A stretch of DNA of 64,000 nucleotides from Chrysomallon squamiferum (taxonomy: Eukaryota; Animalia; Mollusca). Location: positions 15,748,001-15,812,000 of the forward strand of contig CM022672.1 of assembly GCA_012295275.1 (NCBI GenBank). Direction: 5' to 3'. The notes under the pieces are model-generated. The model ran no database searches. It was not told the DNA's origin and saw only the letters and a list, made by a program, of their open reading frames with translations. The position numbers were made by a program, and so were the translations under genes. This document shows positions 11,141 through 64,000 of this stretch, piece by piece; the stretch's first letter is position 1, and each line of letters opens with the position of its first letter.

Positions 11141-13639
11141 GCCATCAATGTATGCACTTAGTAAAGTATCCAAAAAAAATGTCACATGTGGTTCTTATGT
11201 TACATTTGAAAGCATCAACATCAATTGAATATAATTTCCTAAAACACACATTTTTTCAGATATTACAACCTTTTTTGGACTTTAAAAAAAATTATATATA
11301 CGATTTAAACAAATTTAATATATTAATACTTTCATATTAAAACATAATTGTTGTGAATTTGGAAAAAGTAATATTTGGTGTTTCATTTTCAACAAAATGT
11401 ATGATTTTGTTTTTTAATAACAAGTATTATTTCAAAATGATTAATGCATATGTTATATTAACATGATATAACAGACTGAAAGTACTAAGGGCAGATAACA
11501 CTGGTTTGAGGATAAAATAAAATTTAAAAAAAAGTATAAATCAACATTGATAAAAAATAACAAATAGAAACACAATATTTATTTCTAATAACTGCTTTCA
11601 TTTTTAGCTATAAATAACTATTAAAGACAATATTTGTGATAAATACATACCAAAAATAATTCTTAAAAACATAAACAGAAACATATCAATAATAATATTC
11701 ATTATATAACATTTTAGGATAATACTATTATTTAATTTTGATTTCAAACTGATTTACAGTAGTTTATTATCCTTCTTTTTATAAGCAACAAAATATAATG
11801 TTGTGTATAAAAAGTAACACCAGTGACAGCAAAACCACCACTTTTTCATGTCATTTTTAAAAAACAATAATCCTGTAGTTCACAGAATGTCTTCAAAACA
11901 CAATAAATAAATAAATAAATAAATAATAAAAAGATTACAAATTTCAGTTGCACTAACGCTACCTGTGATCTAGGAGTATTTATGAAATAAGTTTAATTAT
12001 CTAGATTAAACATTAATATACAATAATATGTTAAAATAAATAACCAGGGTAGTCAAGAAACAGTTATTATATTTTTTGTCTAGAAAACAACAATCTTAAT
12101 ATCTTTAATGCATTTAAAGTTATGTACTGATCATAAAGTTAAATCACTGACATTAAATTTAGAATTTGAAAAAACAAATATATTCACTCAAACCACAGTT
12201 AAACTACAACATGCAAGGTTTAAGTTCACAGTCCTGTACTGGTTTCTATAAAGCTGCAGAGTAGGCACTACTCATTATATCAAATTTTAGCAATTCTAAA
12301 CCTTAAAACACACAATTCATTGAACTGAAATTCCTAGGGTTCAGCTATATGTAACTACATAGGCCTTAACAAACTAATATTTAATCACCATTTTATTAAT
12401 TAGCATTTTAACATTATCTTACTAGAAATGTTTGTTTTAAATGTTTATATTTTGAACTAACCTATGACACATACTACATATAATCTTTGTCAACATATTC
12501 ACTTGTACCCTTTACTCACAGGTCCTGGGATCAATCCCAACGTTACTTTTTTTTTTTTTTTAAAGAATCACAGTTTAACATACCAACTCTAACTAACTGG
12601 ACAGATGATCCAGGTTTAAGCCAATGAGAAAATTAGCTCACTGGAACTATAAGATTTTCATATACAATTTAAATACATAATGTTAAGCATAACCCCTATC
12701 AATATGTTCTGGGATCAAATCTTTGAACTACCTGTTTCACTAAGCTACCAGATAGTTAATAAATCTATATTCATTCTTACTAACCACTCTTTTACACTGA
12801 GACATTTCTAAGAATTCCTACAACAGGTTTATATTTTAATTTACTCAAACCTACTTCATTATAAAGTTTAGCTGTGCTGATTAAAGACGGTATTTATAAT
12901 TTTGAGAAATTTGTCATATTTTATGCTGATTTTTCATTATTCCCCCTCGCTTACAATTTGTCGTACTTCCTTGTTCCGATTCTTTTCATCTTTTCTCGAT
13001 CGGGAACGCTAAAGAAAAGCGACAGTACATTTATAATAAATCATGACAGCAATAATTAAAATCATCTGGCATATAAGGAACAGCAGCAGATTCCTTTCTT
13101 ACCAAAATAAGTGGTCGATTGCTGAAGTTTTCTTCATTTAAAAAAATATAAACAAACTTTCGGTCACGCCTACCGCCATAGTCATTGAGCTTACTGTGTG
13201 TGAACCTAAAAATATCACTGTGACAAAATGCTGGTAAACATACATTTGTAACAAAGATATTCTGTTTACTAAGTTTCAAATCATTCCATTAAATTGTATA
13301 ACAATTTACATGACAACTTGTACATGATGTGTTACAATATGTATTTAATTTATTACTTATGTTTAAATGAGAATATTAATAAATCGTGTTCCTTTTAGTT
13401 ATTTTTAAAAACAGGAACAGTTTATGCGGACACCGGTTCATCTTTGCAACATGAAGATGTAAACCTGTTTATTTGGATCGAAATCAACTTTTTATATGTG
13501 AAATAATATACGAACCTATTCTCAGTTACTCGTAGATTTTATTCGGTTCAAATTTTCACATTTTTGGAATCAGGCACATTGTTTAATTACAGATTGATAT
13601 TACTGTGAATGGATTATGTTAATGAGAAGTCTTCAAAGC

Positions 13640-13695
13640 GTGACGTCACTAATTAGGGCCAAATATAAAACTTGTATTGTTAAAGTTGTTCACGC
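13640..13695 (+). promoter_or_regulatory. Candidate ARID5 core promoter: full CRE, TATA box and Inr-like site
   Basis: GTGACGTCAC palindrome 13640-13649, TATAAAA 13664-13670 and TTCAC around 13692 (28 nt after the TATA start). ATG at 13731; locally CpG-rich. Confidence 0.55.
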
Positions 13696-13730
13696 GATGG
13701 TAGGCGATAAATAATCAACTTTTTAATGGG

Positions 13731-63427
<49,697 letters not shown>

Positions 63428-63741
63428 AACTAGTTAAAAAGTTTCCACATTTATTAACAAATGATACAAATATTATTGGGATTAAAAGGTAAAAATTTGA
63501 AAGCTTTGACTAAAATTCCAGCCCTTCTGTTTTTGTTTTCTTTCTGAAAGTAATTCAGAAGTAAGGTCTTTGCTGGATTTTTGTCTCACATGGTGATGAA
63601 ACTTGAAACTTTTGCGTTGAAATTGATGTCAGCTTACAGTAAGACTGAAAGAAATGGTGTGATTATATTAACAAATTTTGTGATGCTAGGGTTTTTTGAT
63701 AGGGCAAGGCTTGTAATTATGATCAGCAAGTTTACTTAAAA

Positions 63742-63747
63742 AATAAA
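63742..63747 (+). terminator. Candidate ARID5 polyadenylation signal
   Basis: AATAAA about 315 nt after the stop codon; weak evidence in AT-rich DNA. Confidence 0.25.
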
Positions 63748-63945
63748 GTGTTGACCTCAAGCTGGGATGTTACAGTCACCACAGAGGTCTTGTGGTATAA
63801 ACATACCAGTGATATTAATTATGAATTAGTGAACACTTACTTTTTTCCCTGTTTTATTAATAATTTTTTTCTTTTTTATTATTATAATTTGTATTTATTA
63901 TTATATTTTTTTTATTATTTTTTGTTTTTATTATTATTATTATTA

Positions 63946-63991
<46 letters not shown>

Positions 63992-64000
63992 AGGCACTGG

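Noticed and set aside
13031-13279. 82-aa minus-strand ORF in the promoter region
   Set aside because: Non-ATG start, no recognisable homology and no convincing splice linkage.
63953-64000. Long poly-T at the window end, possibly the tail of a minus-strand retroelement
   Set aside because: Only 10 nt of flank are visible, and similar homopolymers are common throughout the window.

Overview
Eukaryotic, very AT-rich, microsatellite-dense animal genomic DNA. It looks like an invertebrate bilaterian, possibly a mollusc, but this is inference only. Two spliced genes lie head-to-head. (1) Minus strand, 6490 to beyond the window start: a CD39/ENTPD1-2-3-8-type ecto-NTPDase with ACR1-ACR4 reconstructed across 9 coding exons. 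Its first coding exon encodes an 81-aa ubiquitin-like domain that splices in phase onto the transmembrane exon, giving an apparent Ubl-NTPDase fusion; this is the most unusual item. One internal exon appears to carry a +1 frameshift/TGA. (2) Plus strand, 13731-63427: a complete ARID5B-type gene with 12 coding exons, 3165 nt and about 1054 aa by my reconstruction. It has a BAH domain, an ARID domain and a disordered tail with PIDLS and RPSVI motifs. It has a CRE-TATA promoter and a 39.9-kb second intron holding a 2.2-kb element with ~205-bp inverted repeats, a Tigger/pogo-like MITE, minisatellites, hairpins and candidate bZIP elements. A decayed LINE fragment lies between the genes. Most ORFs in the supplied track are low-complexity artefacts. 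All exon models were derived by eye from GT-AG sites, phase and recalled homology; no searches were run.
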